NCBI GenBank assembly: GCA_030704615.1
Contig: CM060733.1
Location: forward strand, 48,050,001 to 48,114,000
Length of the DNA: 64,000 bases
Direction: 5' to 3'
DNA from: Takakia lepidozioides
Taxonomy: Eukaryota; Plantae; Bryophyta
The notes beneath the pieces are model-generated. The model was not told where the DNA came from. It worked only from the letters and a program-made list of their open reading frames with translations, and made no database searches. The position numbers and the translations under genes are program-made. Every line of letters begins with the position of its first letter. Position 1 is the first letter of the stretch. Shown in pieces: positions 35,390 to 47,980 of the stretch.

Positions 35390-36451
35390 GCTGCATCCCC
35401 TTCTTTTGGCGCAAGATACAATCGTCGAGAAAGTGCATCTGGTTTTCCTTGAAGATGTCCGGGACAGTAGGTAATAACAAAATCAAACCTTGCTAGTGAC
35501 ATACTCTATCTCGCTTGACGTCGATTCAAAACACGAGCACTCATAAAATACTCGAGGTTTTTGTGATCGGTATAGACAGTGACATGATGTTTAGCTCCCT
35601 CCAATAGATGACGTCACTCCTCAAAAACATCGATAATCGCTAGAAGTTCTTTGTCATGGATTTCCTAATTGATCTCCGCAGCGAAAAATTTGCGAGAACG
35701 AAAACCAACAGGGTGAAGTCGGCCATCTGTACCGTATTGAGAGAGTACCGCGCCAAGTGCAAAGTCCGATGTATCTGCTTCCAAAAAAATGGTTTAGATG
35801 GGTCTGCATGTACCATTATTTGAACTATTGTAAATGTCTGCTTCAGCCTTTCAAATGCTTGGTCAGCCTTCTCGTCCCATACAAATTTGTCATTATCTGT
35901 GAGTCGTGTCAATGGTGCAGCAATTTAAGAGTAGTCATTGATGAAGATTCTATAGAAATTTGCAAATCCTAGAAAATATTGTACATCTCGGACCGAAGTT
36001 GGTTTAATCCACTCGATGATGGTTTGTATTTTCTTCTGATCCATAAAGACTCATTTGTCAGAAATAATGTAGCCCAAAAATTCGACTTCAGATTGGTGGA
36101 AAAGACATTTTTCCAACTTGACATATAGTTTTTTTTCCCTCAATTTATCAAGGACAAGGCATACATATGACGAGCCTTTGTCGCGCGCGGCCTGGGTGAC
36201 GGCATACTAGCCTAGGGGGTCATAGCAAGTTGTGGTGTAGGTTGGGCTCAACGAACCGCCTACCCGGCTGCGGTAAGTGCAAGGGTCCGTGGAAGCTATG
36301 GACGGATCTAAACAGTCTAACTTCCTACCAGCAAAGCAAAACTTAACAACTCTACTTCACATGGTGATTTGCATTTCCTAGTCCTACGATTTGTTTATGG
36401 ATTTTCTACGTCTTTAATCGTAATTTCCTTCCAAGTCTTTATTTACTACTA

Positions 36452-37113
36452 TGTCGTGCGCATACATATCGCTACACAACTACATCGCTGTCCAAACCAC
36501 ACAACATATGTGCACACCAAACACTAGTCTATCACTAGTGCACCACTAGTGCACCACTAGGCTGCCACTAGCCACCACTAGTCACCACTAGTGTAGCCAC
36601 TAGTCCAACCACTAGATGAGTAAATAGGAATCAAAGACGATTTTTATAACAATGAACAAGAGTACAAGATATTGGAACACAACTTGAATACTGGAATGCT
36701 GGAAACTGGACCGGAGTACCAGATACTGGAAACTGGGCTAGAGTACTGGGAACTGGACTGGAGTACTGGAAACTGGAAACAAGAGTAACTTAAACTAGTG
36801 TTGGGGAGACTGAAGAATGTCCAATCTCGCCTCCTATATATACTGACTACTAGGAGGTTCCCTAAGAAGCTTCCCCAAAGGAGGTTTCTTGATAGAGAAG
36901 TTTCCAATGTTAAACAAAGGTTTCTTGATGGAAAAATTTCCTCCAAAGGAAGCTTCCTGAGCAGTTTTACTCTCGGTAATTTGGTAAACTCCCGATAAGT
37001 AATGGTAACTTATGGTAAGATCATGGTAGATCACGATAACTTTCGGTAACATGATAACTTAATAACTTTTGATATTTACTCCTGGTAAGTTCCTCTGGGC
37101 TATGTCCGTGACA
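36452..37113 (-). mobile_element. Solo composite terminal unit: A-like segment plus outer-family LTR
   Basis: Starts TGTCGTG and ends CGTGACA. The first ~55 bp resemble inner repeat A, followed by nine CACTAG repeats, then 36615-37113 homologous to 21611-22121. No TSD (acta / caaa). Confidence 0.75.
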
Positions 37114-39029
37114 CAAACCAAAAAATGTTCAAATGTGACACCCAGAGCCCATGAGAGCCACCGGCGGAGAACACCATGCATGAAGATTGCAAAATACAAG
37201 CCACGGGCAACCATTTCAGCCAAGTCAAGCAATACAAAGCAAACTAAAGGACAGACCTATGAGCCCATGTAGCTCAAGCTCCCTGTTGGAGAATACCCTG
37301 ACCCAATGGGGTTCTGATGTTCCTTGGACAGGAAACCCCCATACTTCTCCACAGAATGTTGTTCATTTGAAGCCTCAATCTCTGAAAAAAGCTTACGAAC
37401 ACTACGGGCGCCCTTCTCTGCCAAATCATACTTTGCATCCCTGCCAGCATCACAATGTCTCTTATGTTCAAGCAACCCTGACTTGATGTCTTTCTTCAAG
37501 AAAGGTACTCCAACCACTTTGAAATTTTCCATTTCCATCTCTTTCCAATGTTTTGTCTTGCTGGTTTGCCAGGATAGTGAAGTTAATTTTTTGAGCAACC
37601 TGAAAGGGGTCCTGAATGGGAGGCCTATGTGCCCCCGATGGAGACAGGACAAGGTTTTGCGAGCACCGACCACCTACTGCGTGTGGGCCAATGATGTAAA
37701 TCAGACCAAGATTCACTACTCAATCTTTTAAATCATTCACACAGTTCCAAACAAGGCAAAAAAATAGTACTAAGACTGAATATTAGGGTGTGACCCACCT
37801 GCCATGGGCACCATCTCACTACTGCCTTCATCTTCAGTGGTTGCATCTGAATCTACAACGGGTAATTCATTCTCCATCGGTTCATCCTTGCCATCCCTAT
37901 TGTCAACATCTTCATCCGCAGTATCTGGTTGAAAATCCTCAATACCTGCCAGATTTCCTCCCCAATGAAGCCATGGAGTTTTGGAACATGAGGGAAACAA
38001 ACTAGGTTTATGTTCACAGGAAAAACAGAATGAACCACTATGTACATTTGAACATCTTGTGGTGAATCAGCATCTTAGGCAGGTGCATAGGAAGCTAAAA
38101 TTCATTACTAGGAAAATATTTGTGGTGAGCATCCATGACAGCCAGTTGATAACAGTATAAGTACAACAATTAAATATTGGTTGTACAAGCTCACAAACGA
38201 AAGCATCAGTGGTATTGACACAGAAGATGCGCCATTGAGGAGACAGTCTCTCTTCATGATACACACTTGATGCCAGGTATGTAATGTTATAGAATAGAGA
38301 GGGTTTCATAAACAAAGAATCGAGAGTAATTTAGAGTATTTTACCTCTAGGACAGTGAGGATTGCCTCCAGGAGGAAGATCTACCCTGCCTGATTCTGAA
38401 GTTCTTTCTTCCTCAACATCACACTGGTGTCCATCCTCGTGGTAAACTTCCAACAACTGTGTTTGCTGGTAATCTTGATCATCCCCAACATCTTCATGCC
38501 TTAGTTCCCCATACAGATTGCCGTCATCTAGCAGCTGAGTAAGCTCATCTATCTCCAGGTGTACTGTTCCTCCAGGTTCCCCATCCGTCTGCCAATCCTC
38601 TCTTTCTTCCTAAGGGTTGGGCCCTGCCAGTTTCATCGATTCCGAATCTGAATCTGAATGTACATAACAAGCAATGTGAAATGAATGTTATGGAGGGATG
38701 GACAAATGGTGGCAGAAGCTCAGACTATGAATATAGTGATGCCAAACAGATACCAGGAATCAGTGGCTACAGTGAATTGGCACTAAACATTTGTAATTAA
38801 CCTTGCCAATAAACTCAGGCTTCAGCACCTGTGCAAAGGGTCCATCCGCACAACATTTCTACCCAACGAAACTAGAGTACATCATTTGATATCAGACACT
38901 ACTTTAGACATTTTTGGAGATGACGGACTCATCCTCTGCAAGTGCCATGACGGGCAAGTGTCTATGAATCAACGTAGGCTTTCACACTGCCACATGGGGT
39001 TTGATATGGCTCTATTACTCTCATATAGA

Positions 39030-39215
39030 CATGAACAAGGTCCCACATCCATAGCTGCTTTCCAGAACTCAGTTTATCACACTAGTTCTTATGTTGAATT
39101 GCATCTGCTACTCTCTGTAATCTAACAGACATTCACCTTTTGGCCTCAGTTGTCCCACCATTGACTGGGGTTAGAAAAGTATTCTTTCCACAGCCTCTCC
39201 TCGTCTCTGTTATCT
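39030..39215 (-). pseudogene. Relic OSB-type PDF motif (organellar ssDNA-binding motif)
   Basis: EERLWKEYFSNPSQWWDN*GQK followed by GT, and downstream KLSSGKQLWM, match the LW..FF.NP..WWDNR..K / HK.TG..LW pattern; Arg codon mutated to TGA. Confidence 0.45.
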
Positions 39216-42200
39216 GTATCGGGATACTTTCATGTTGTCAAATTGGCAATAGCATGTCAAAGTCACCATTGCAAAATTCAACATGGAATTAGGACCGGTT
39301 CTAATAAGAGAAAAAAACAGGATGAAATGTATTGAAAAAAATGTCTATATTAACAGTGCCTGATTTTATCAACTGTGCCGCTGTTGTTGCAGCTTCCAAT
39401 TCACCATCTACCATGCAGGTTTCTTCCAGCTATCGCTGCACAGGAAACCATAGCTAATCTTGAGCTTAAAATCCAGCCTTCTTGGATGAATCTGAACCCA
39501 CACTCTACCCCTGCTCCTTCAGCTATCCACGCTCTGCACAAATTATGCATATATCCTTGCAAACACCCCAACCCTACTTATTACAATAATTCCGATTCTG
39601 AATTGAAAAGTAATCAAAGAAAACTTATTGCACCCTCCTGCAAAATCATATGTACACTCACAAAAGTACAGTGAGACTTCCCACACTTAGCTCTTTAAGT
39701 GGAGGTTATCAAGGCCTTCCATACACCGTATCTCATTGATGGACAACCACAATTTCAAGACTGAAAAGATAAGATATATTACTGATGTGTGTGATGCAGT
39801 TGCCCAGAATGAAATCAACTTATGATGGCAAGGCCTTTAAAATGACACGGGCACTCCATTCTGCCATCGCGTTTCCTTCGCATTTCTGATACTCGTAATG
39901 ACCGAAGTCGAGCTCTGAGAGATTGGGTATCATACAATAGACATTTAATCTCCAACGGATCTTATTCTCATAGTAGAAAGGATGATGAAGGAAGAAATGT
40001 TCTGCCACCCTCACTTCTGTTCTGAACCAAAGCATGCTCTCTATGGGTGCACGGGCGCTCCATTCTGCCATTGCTTCTCCTTCTTGACCAACGAATGGAT
40101 ATCATTCATTTAAAAAAGAATATTCTTTTGACAACTGTCTCGATGAAATTGGTAGTCTAATCGAAAGTATCGGTGCTAAAGCAGCTCAAACCCTCTGCCT
40201 TAGAAAGGCAGGGCCAATAAAGTTTCAAGGCCTCTATCCCCCGTCTTCTAAAATTTCAAAAAAAAAGAAAAAAGAAAAGATGCACTGAGTTTGGTTGGAT
40301 GTTTGGATTCATCGATCCTAAGTTTTAGAATATGAATGTTGTTTAAGAAACTTTTGCATGTAAGAAGGAAGCAGTAGCCTTTCAACGTGAAGTAACCCCA
40401 TGGTAGGTTATGCAAGAGTTGTTGTTGTTGTTTTTGTTTTTTTTTCTCCTGACAGCAAAAAAAATTGATGATGATGATGTGGCAAAGATGATGTGGCACT
40501 ATGGCACCCTATTCCGGCTCTACATTAAAACCCTACACTAACACCTAGGCCCACTCAGATTTTCCCCATTCTTCACTGTCTGCTTTCCCGCCATAATCTC
40601 GCTCATGCTCGCCCCTAGCTGCAGTTCTGAGCTGCAGTTCTGAGCTCTCTTGTGACGGATGTGTATGTATTGCCACACAAGGTTGGAGGGGTAAACCCTC
40701 CCAGCTTAAGAAGAAAAAAATAAAAAAAATAAAGATTGCCTTTCATACAACGTTATAATCCCAGAGATGGATAGGTGGATTTGTTTTTTTTTGGCATTGG
40801 CTACCCATGGTAGGTGGGTATCCAAGCTAGGGTGGGAAGTCGCTCGAATTGACCCAGGGCCCCCCGCAGCCCCATGCCTTTTAGGGGTTGCAAAGGAGAT
40901 GGTACTACTACATTCAGGTAGAGGGAATCCTCCAATGAGCTCTGCTCAGGTATTAGCTGCCTAACATGCTCCCTGACTCACATTTTCAACTTATCATTTT
41001 AAGACTATCCACAAAATACTAGAATATGAACAGCACACCATTCTTACACGAGAAAAAAAAAGTTCGTCACCTGTGACCTAATCCCAACGTGAGTATGGCA
41101 GAGAAGAGGCGAAGAATGTCTCTTGATGTATTTTTGATTGGTTGATATACACAGAAGAGCAGAGGAGAATAAAAAGCTCAATTCCGAACTGCCCAGCTTC
41201 AAAAACTTTTTGGCACTTTAAACAATTGGGAAAGGAGAGTGCCATCTAAGGAAATGGACAGGCGAAGTCCTAATGTTTTAACCTAATGTTTTAAGCAAAG
41301 CAAGAGTTGTGGGTCCAGTATTTGACTCTAGCTTGTGCTTATGCCCTCCACCATACCTGCTCGGTATTTCTACAATGAACCCTCTAGCAAATAAAGTTTG
41401 AAGCAGGCACGAATCCTTCAATTTACAACCCCACAACCCTGGGGACTCAATTACAAAATGACAAGGAAGGCTTTGAAGCAGTGAATTCTCCTCCCCAGTC
41501 CCGTCAGCTGCAGAAATCCCCCCTTATTCATACAGTGAGCCCTAAAAGGTAGTTTGGTCCAGTGTGAACATTGAGGTTTGCAGTGATCTGGACTGTAAGC
41601 TGGGCTACATGGAAGCAGACTTGAAAACCCTGCAAGTTGCCAGAATGCCAAAAACAAATTAGTTCCATCGTCACAACATGTATTGTGTTTACAGAAGGAA
41701 AGAAGCGCAACATGAGGTCAATCCCATCTGTAATAGACACTGCGATGAATTTTCCCAAGCCTGAAACATCATATCCGGCCCACTACTGCCAGAGATGCAC
41801 AGTGCAAAAGCGAAGGGGAAATTCGGGTTCTACCAAACATTGAATGAGGCACTGCATACCAGGTAAAGACATTGTGCAGAAGGGATTAAAGTGACTTTCA
41901 TCCCTCCAAGCGAGAGCCCGGTACAAACACAACTAGATTACATAATCCTTGTCTAGAGGATGGTTTTTTCTCAACCACGTTTAACCAGATGTCATCCCTG
42001 ATGCAGCCTTTTCAACCATCCAGGTGCGATAATATTCATCATTTGTGGACTAGCTTTGCTGACTGCTGCAAGCGTTCAGATTCCACCCCAAGGAACACTA
42101 TCCATCATCAAAGCAACCACAAGACAACAATCCAACACTCCAAGAGGGATTGACAGTCAAAGAGTGGTGAAGGTTCCAGTACAGATACAAGATTCCGCAA

Positions 42201-42748
42201 TATTTTTGTCATCTATAAATATACATTAGCTTTCAGTCTACAGCTGACATGAATTTTCCCTAAGATACGCAAAGGACAAATGTGCTCTAGAAATAGATCA
42301 AATGGGCGGGATCTTACCAGCCAGGCACCTCAGTGGACTCGGTGCATCCTTGTATGCTAGGCGTAACCACCTGTAGGACAGTTCATTCCAGTCCCTCAGC
42401 CAACTTTATGTGAAAGATGGAACACTAACAGCCTATCGGACCTGAGGGCGTGACTTGTTATAGAACACATGAAAATGCGTTGGTCACACGTTTCTATTGG
42501 TCCCAGCCAGGCATCCATGATATAATAAGTTTCCTTTCAGAAATGAATGCAAGTCGAACCATCCTCTCACAACGGAAGAAATCTCGTGAATAAAACTTAC
42601 GTGATTAGTCAGAGCACATCATCAGCGAGGAGCCCCGCCTGTCGCTTAAAGGATCTCAAATCTCCTCCGACAGCTCCATACGAGTGGCCACCTCAGCACC
42701 AAGAAACACACATGAATCCACAGGCCACATCAATGTTCAAGTGCAGCA

Positions 42749-43552
42749 TCAATATGAACTCCCATGATGAGAACACACAGCTTGAAGCTCATCTACCTCG
42801 CCAGTGGACTCTCCCTGTACTTTTTGTCGAAGTTCAATCACTTCCTGCTGCATCACTAATAGACGCTCTTTTAAGGTCAAGTTCTCATCCTGTAAGTACG
42901 CTATGTGGGATTCTTGCCCTGTAAGTCGTAGTTCGACACTCCGTTGAGGGTAATTTTGAGCCAGGGGCAAAGGGAATGTCATTTCGAACCGGCTAATATC
43001 ACGATCAACCCGTTGCTCTAACTGCTGGAGAGACTCTTCATTAGTGTCTAACGGCTGGGTATTGCACATGCTACTGTGTTCATTAGCGATAGTACTACTG
43101 CTGGCCGACTCATCAGACGATCGAAGACGTATAAGTCCAGTCATGGAGCCATATCCATCGACACCAAATTCTTTCACCTCCTCTATAAGGTCCTCGGTGT
43201 AGCGAGGTGCAGGAGAGAGGGCAGGAGTTGGGAGAACAGCAGGGGTAGCGGGAGATACGGGTGATGCCAACCCTGATTGTCTTACTCTCATAAGATATGA
43301 GCTGGTATTGAGAGGAGTACTAGGAATGCTGTCCCTCCATGGAAACAACTTTCTTGTCTCCAGTTCGTTGGTCCACGTAAAGTCTCCCAACTGTGGTGGA
43401 TAATTGACTCCTGTATTTGCGACGCCTTTGAAAAATTGCCGTGACAATTTCTTTCCATACCCTTGGGTTGATCTCCAGTTCGGCTTAAAGAGTGGCCTCC
43501 TCTCCCCGGAGGAGGCGACTACTCTGTACCCGACCTGGTGTCCCGAATGCAT
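42749..43552 (-). CDS. PRLI-interacting factor A-like coiled-coil protein
   Basis: 267-aa single ORF with TPLNTSSYLMR...SPVSPATPAVLPTP, EFGVDGYGSMTGLIRLRS and a C-terminal coiled coil (LQDENLTLKERLLVMQQEVIELR). Confidence 0.8.
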   Translation of the reverse strand: MHSGHQVGYRVVASSGERRPLFKPNWRSTQGYGKKLSRQFFKGVANTGVNYPPQLGDFTWTNELETRKLFPWRDSIPSTPLNTSSYLMRVRQSGLASPVSPATPAVLPTPALSPAPRYTEDLIEEVKEFGVDGYGSMTGLIRLRSSDESASSSTIANEHSSMCNTQPLDTNEESLQQLEQRVDRDISRFEMTFPLPLAQNYPQRSVELRLTGQESHIAYLQDENLTLKERLLVMQQEVIELRQKVQGESTGEVDELQAVCSHHGSSY

Positions 43553-44910
43553 TGTTTATATAAGAGAGACAGAGCGAGAGCTCTCCGACTATTATGTGGC
43601 GACCGTACTAAACAGCCACTTTCCAATCAATCTGATCTAAACTTGGCGAGCAATAGGGATTTCTTTTCCGGGCAAAGAGACATCACTTGAGACCGAGAAG
43701 GCAAGGAACAGGTTTCGATCCTCGAAGAACCACTGCTAAACTCCAGTTTACAAAAGAAGTCCAAAAACTCAAATTCCAAATCCTCGGCAGAATTTCCGAA
43801 AAGGAATGGCACCGTGCTTGGAAAGAGACGCATGGAAGTCAGAATCCTGAGAAGAGACTCGCTAAGAAGGATCGTCACAGAAGAGAAAGGCGCAGCGACA
43901 AAATATTATGGAAGAGAATGAAAGGGAGCGGAAGACCGACCGATAAAAAACGAGATGCACAAAACAAAGACAGAGAGAAACCTAAAACTCTCCGGGATAA
44001 ACGCCATATGAAGACATCATGCTCTATTGCTAATTATTAGATTCAAGAATTCAACACAAGCTTGACAAGACGAAGAGACGTGCAAATCCTTCACAGACTG
44101 GAGCGCGGTTTCTTGAATTCCAAACTTGGATGACGCTGTAAAGGTGAGGATGTGAGGAAAACAGGCGAGAGGATTCTTGCACGCCACTGCACAACACAAA
44201 AGATCCATGCCTTTGCTCGCACTCTCCTCCTTGATTGCTGTGCAGGCCCAGCACCGCCGAGTGTACACATCCACACCGCACAACCCGCCCTCTCCAACGG
44301 CTCAGTGCGCTCGCTACTAATATTCTTACTAAAATGTGGCCTATTATCGTAACTTATGGTGTCATTTGACACGAAGGGTTATTGCTTGGTAGACACTTTT
44401 ATGACATATACGGCAGGTATGTGGTTTTGAACTCAAAACCACTTTGAAATGGTATATATTATATTTTGGAGAAAAGGGCCCGACAGTACCCAGTAACCAT
44501 GGTATTATGATTGTATTATGCATGAGGCTCGGGATAGGATTGATGTTTCCACTGTGCCGGGAATTTGAACACGGGACCGGGAGCCGAGATGCCTGGGCTG
44601 TGTGTGATTCTGTGCGGAAGCAGTTTTGTCTCGCCCTTTGTCTTCCTCCCTCGCAGTGTTTGCAGAGAGACTCAGTCTCTGCGTCGAGTATCTCCCTTCA
44701 TGTTTGAGCAATCGCGTGCTGTTGTGAGAGAAGCAGTTTTTTCGTGCTTCGTCTTCTTACATTGTTCATTTCTGTCAATTTCTTCAACATGTATGTGTAA
44801 GCGGGGCTGGTGGGAGCATGGGAAGTTCGAGCTAGTTTACGTCTCTCTGGCTCTTGTGTTGACGGTGGTTTGAGACGCCAATAGGCAGGCAAGGCAACGC
44901 GAGGGGGGAG

Positions 44911-47900
44911 ATGGCGGAAACGATAGGTTGGTGGGATTTTATTATGGGAATACTCATCGTGACGATGGACACGTTGTTTCAGAGGATCCGTGCTGTTCAT
45001 CTACCCTCGCGCCTCCCAATCACCTCTCTTTCTCATCTCACGTGCATCATCACTGGCGCCACTAGTGGCATCGGCCTTGAGACTGCCAGGTAGCTCATAT
45101 TTGCATCTGTAACGTGTCTTTTTCTATCCCTCTTTTTTTTCGCCACACACGCATCAGACGGCACATCTAAGCAGAGGTTGTGATTCCCTGCATCTGTCGG
45201 CATTGAGATAGAGGTCTTTTACTATAAGTTCAAAGCTCATACTTAAGTGACCTTTTTGTTTTTAGAGAGAGAGAAAAGAGGTGGAGAAACAAGAATGTCA
45301 ATGACAGTGGATGCTAATGTAGGCAGGAACCAGGCCTTCCAGTAGTGGCGATGTCATGTCGAGTCTCATTACACCTTTGCAAGTGGCACTTAGGGAATTG
45401 CCCGGCCTAAGTTGCAGTTGTTGGTCCTTGTTTCTTTCCTCCAGCTGGTCGTCACAGGTTGGCAGTCGAAGCATTGCATGCTTTTCTTGTGTGCTTTGTC
45501 AGCTTGCAGCGTTCTTGCAGGACAACGTTATCCAAATGAAAATGTGTGCCAGTATTTTCAGAGCTGTTGTACATTGGGTGGAGGGTGGCTATCGCCCAAA
45601 CTCCGCCATCCATTGCATTATTCTGGCTCCACTCTAGGAATTACATTGGTGTCACAATGCTTTTATGATGGTGTTCCATAGACTGTTTGAGCTAGCAAGA
45701 TGTCATTGGGCTTCAATTGAAGTTTTACTGTTGTCAACATAAGGAGTGGTCCCTTGAAGATATTGTCCCTCCACTTTCAAAATGTTTGTTTATCCTTGCT
45801 GAAAATGAGAGTTTGTTAGATTGATGTTCATTGTTCCAGAGTCATTCTAATCAGCGATTGGTGAGATTTCATGTTCTCTTAGTGGCAATATGTATTCCCA
45901 TTGTAAGGTTCTAGTGTAATACCAGGAAGGGGGGTTAAAATCTAAAAGGCTGGTTGGGCTGTAGAGAGCTTGCTAAATCTGGAGCACACGTTGTGCTAGC
46001 AGTACGCAATACAGCTGCTGCAAAAGAGTTGGTGGAGCAGTGGCGATCCACACAAGCTGGGGCTGCTGCCCTTAATGTTGAGGTAATCTCTCTTTTCCTG
46101 GTTTTCCTTATGTTCTCACAGGGCAATATTTTGTCCGATGGCACATTACTCCAACCTGGGCTATGCCGGATCTCTCCTAATCTTTGCTGTATGTCCATGG
46201 CGGTCTCCAGTAAGATGGCCTACCTGGGCTGACACCTGCGTTTTTTGAAGTCTACGCCAGTAAAATACATGTTCATATGCAACCGACTCATAATCTGGAA
46301 ACTTCAACTAGTGGTGGTTTGAAGGCAGTCACTGTCATAACGCCGTACCCACCAACTGGGTAGCTATTTCTGGGGTGACAAGGGAATACCTTTCCAGCAG
46401 GTGGCAGGATGGGTGATCAGCTAGAAATCAGAACTATGGCAGTAAAAAAGTTGAGCTTGTTGAAGGTTACCCAATTCCTTGAAAATGGAGGTTGTTGAGG
46501 AGGACATCCATAGTTAAACAGGATCTGTTGCAAAATAAAGCATCCCTTGTCACTCTTGTTCTCATACTTCGGAAACTGCAATCTCTAGACTACTAGGATA
46601 TGCACAAAATTTGCAGACTTAGGCCAGCCTCTGCAGGCTTAGTTCTTTGCAGATTTGTCATTGACTCTGCTTGAAATGCATGGGAACCACAGGTGATAGA
46701 GCTAGATCTGCTTTCTCTAGATTCTGTGAGGACTTTCGGTGAGAGTTGGGAGGCACGGAAGGTTGCTCTCAATGTGCTTATCAACAATGCTGGCATCTTC
46801 TCCATGAAGGGTACAAACTTTCTCTTGGCTTCTGTATTTGTGATCTGTTGACCTTTCAAGTCTGTCCAACTTGCTTTGTCATTAAGAGTGCTGAAGATAT
46901 TTGTCCAGTCTCAAGGCAATAGTGACCATTTCTCTCTCTCTCTTTCTGTCTTTTTCTCTCCGTCCCTCGCTCCCCCAATCTAAGTGTGTAGAGGGTATGG
47001 GTCCAAAAGGCTCACCAAACAGTCTTACCTGGAAGATCCTCGTTTCTAGGTTCGTCATAGTGCAGGGAAGGGCTTACAATTGCTCAGATGTGTGGGCACA
47101 GGGGAACAGAAGTTTTCCAAGGACGGCAATGAGCTGCATATGCAAGTGAACCATCTAGCCCCTGCGCTCCTTACAGTACTCCTTCTACCATCACTACTCC
47201 GCGGTGCTCCTTCCCGAGTTCTAATGGTGAATTCTCTGGTAAGTTTTCTGTGTGTGCATACTTGGATCTCAGCACCAGTGGGATGCATAGGCTTCTTCAT
47301 AAGAGAATCTGGTACTGTCTCCATAATGCATCTGTTGGTAAAGTTCTACATAAGAGGCACATTACTGAGTCGACTACCTTATGGGACTCTGGAGTGTCTT
47401 ACAATAATGTGAACTAGAAAGTAATAGGGCCCACCCCTGACAGAGCAGTAGCCGTAACGTGAGGTGGCTCTTAGTTTCACCGACTTTGGTGGAGTCTTCT
47501 CTCTCTGAAGTAGACAGTGGCGTTTTTCTCTTAAGCCAATTTGAGCGAGTGGAGAAAGAAGAAGATACTGTGCCTAGGGGAGACCTGAAAGGCCCAAGGG
47601 ACACAAGTACCTCTATACAAAGACAGAAAAAGCCAACAAGCTGAGAAAGAAACACAAGAGTCAATCATACCATGCTCTATTTCTGTGTATACATCACAGT
47701 GTGCTGTCTGTCTGTGTTTGGCAGATGCATTATCTAGGTTTTGTTGACCCAGAAGATCTTAACATCAAATCTGGCAAGAGGAAGTACAAAAATATGTCTG
47801 GCTACTCAGATAGCAAGCTTGCTCAGGTGCGGTTATGCCAGGGGTTGATGGTGGTATCTAGTTTTTATGTTGTGGGCTTTGATTTATTTCTGAGGCTTGA

Positions 47901-47943
47901 TGGGGTTCTATTTCAACATGCTGTGTTGTTTGACTTGCTGCTG

Positions 47944-47980
<37 letters not shown>

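Larger units (their letters stand above)
21610..36167 (-). mobile_element. Outer Tcn1-like chromovirus (Ty3/Gypsy), 5'-truncated, decayed, split by the inner element
   Basis: RT C-terminus ([20 protein letters not shown], ~36060-36130), RNase H (~35400-35800, ending KPDALSRRLYLAPKEGDA), integrase H2C2/core/GPF (23040-24130: CHDLPAA..GFNKT, CDTC, HPQTDGQTER, GPFKI) and chromodomain (EYEVDEVLDSR...YFVHWK, ~22740-22920). gag, PR and the N-terminal RT are missing. Confidence 0.88.

Noticed and set aside
21610-37113. One intact outer LTR element bounded by 21610-22121 and 36615-37113
   Set aside because: No TSD, the repeats differ by many substitutions and indels, gag/PR/PBS are absent, and unrelated sequence (36168-36614) intervenes. 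Probably two insertions joined by deletion or recombination.
39845-40083. 83-aa ORF with a repeated MAEWSAR segment
   Set aside because: It reflects a ~35-bp direct repeat; there is no other coding evidence.
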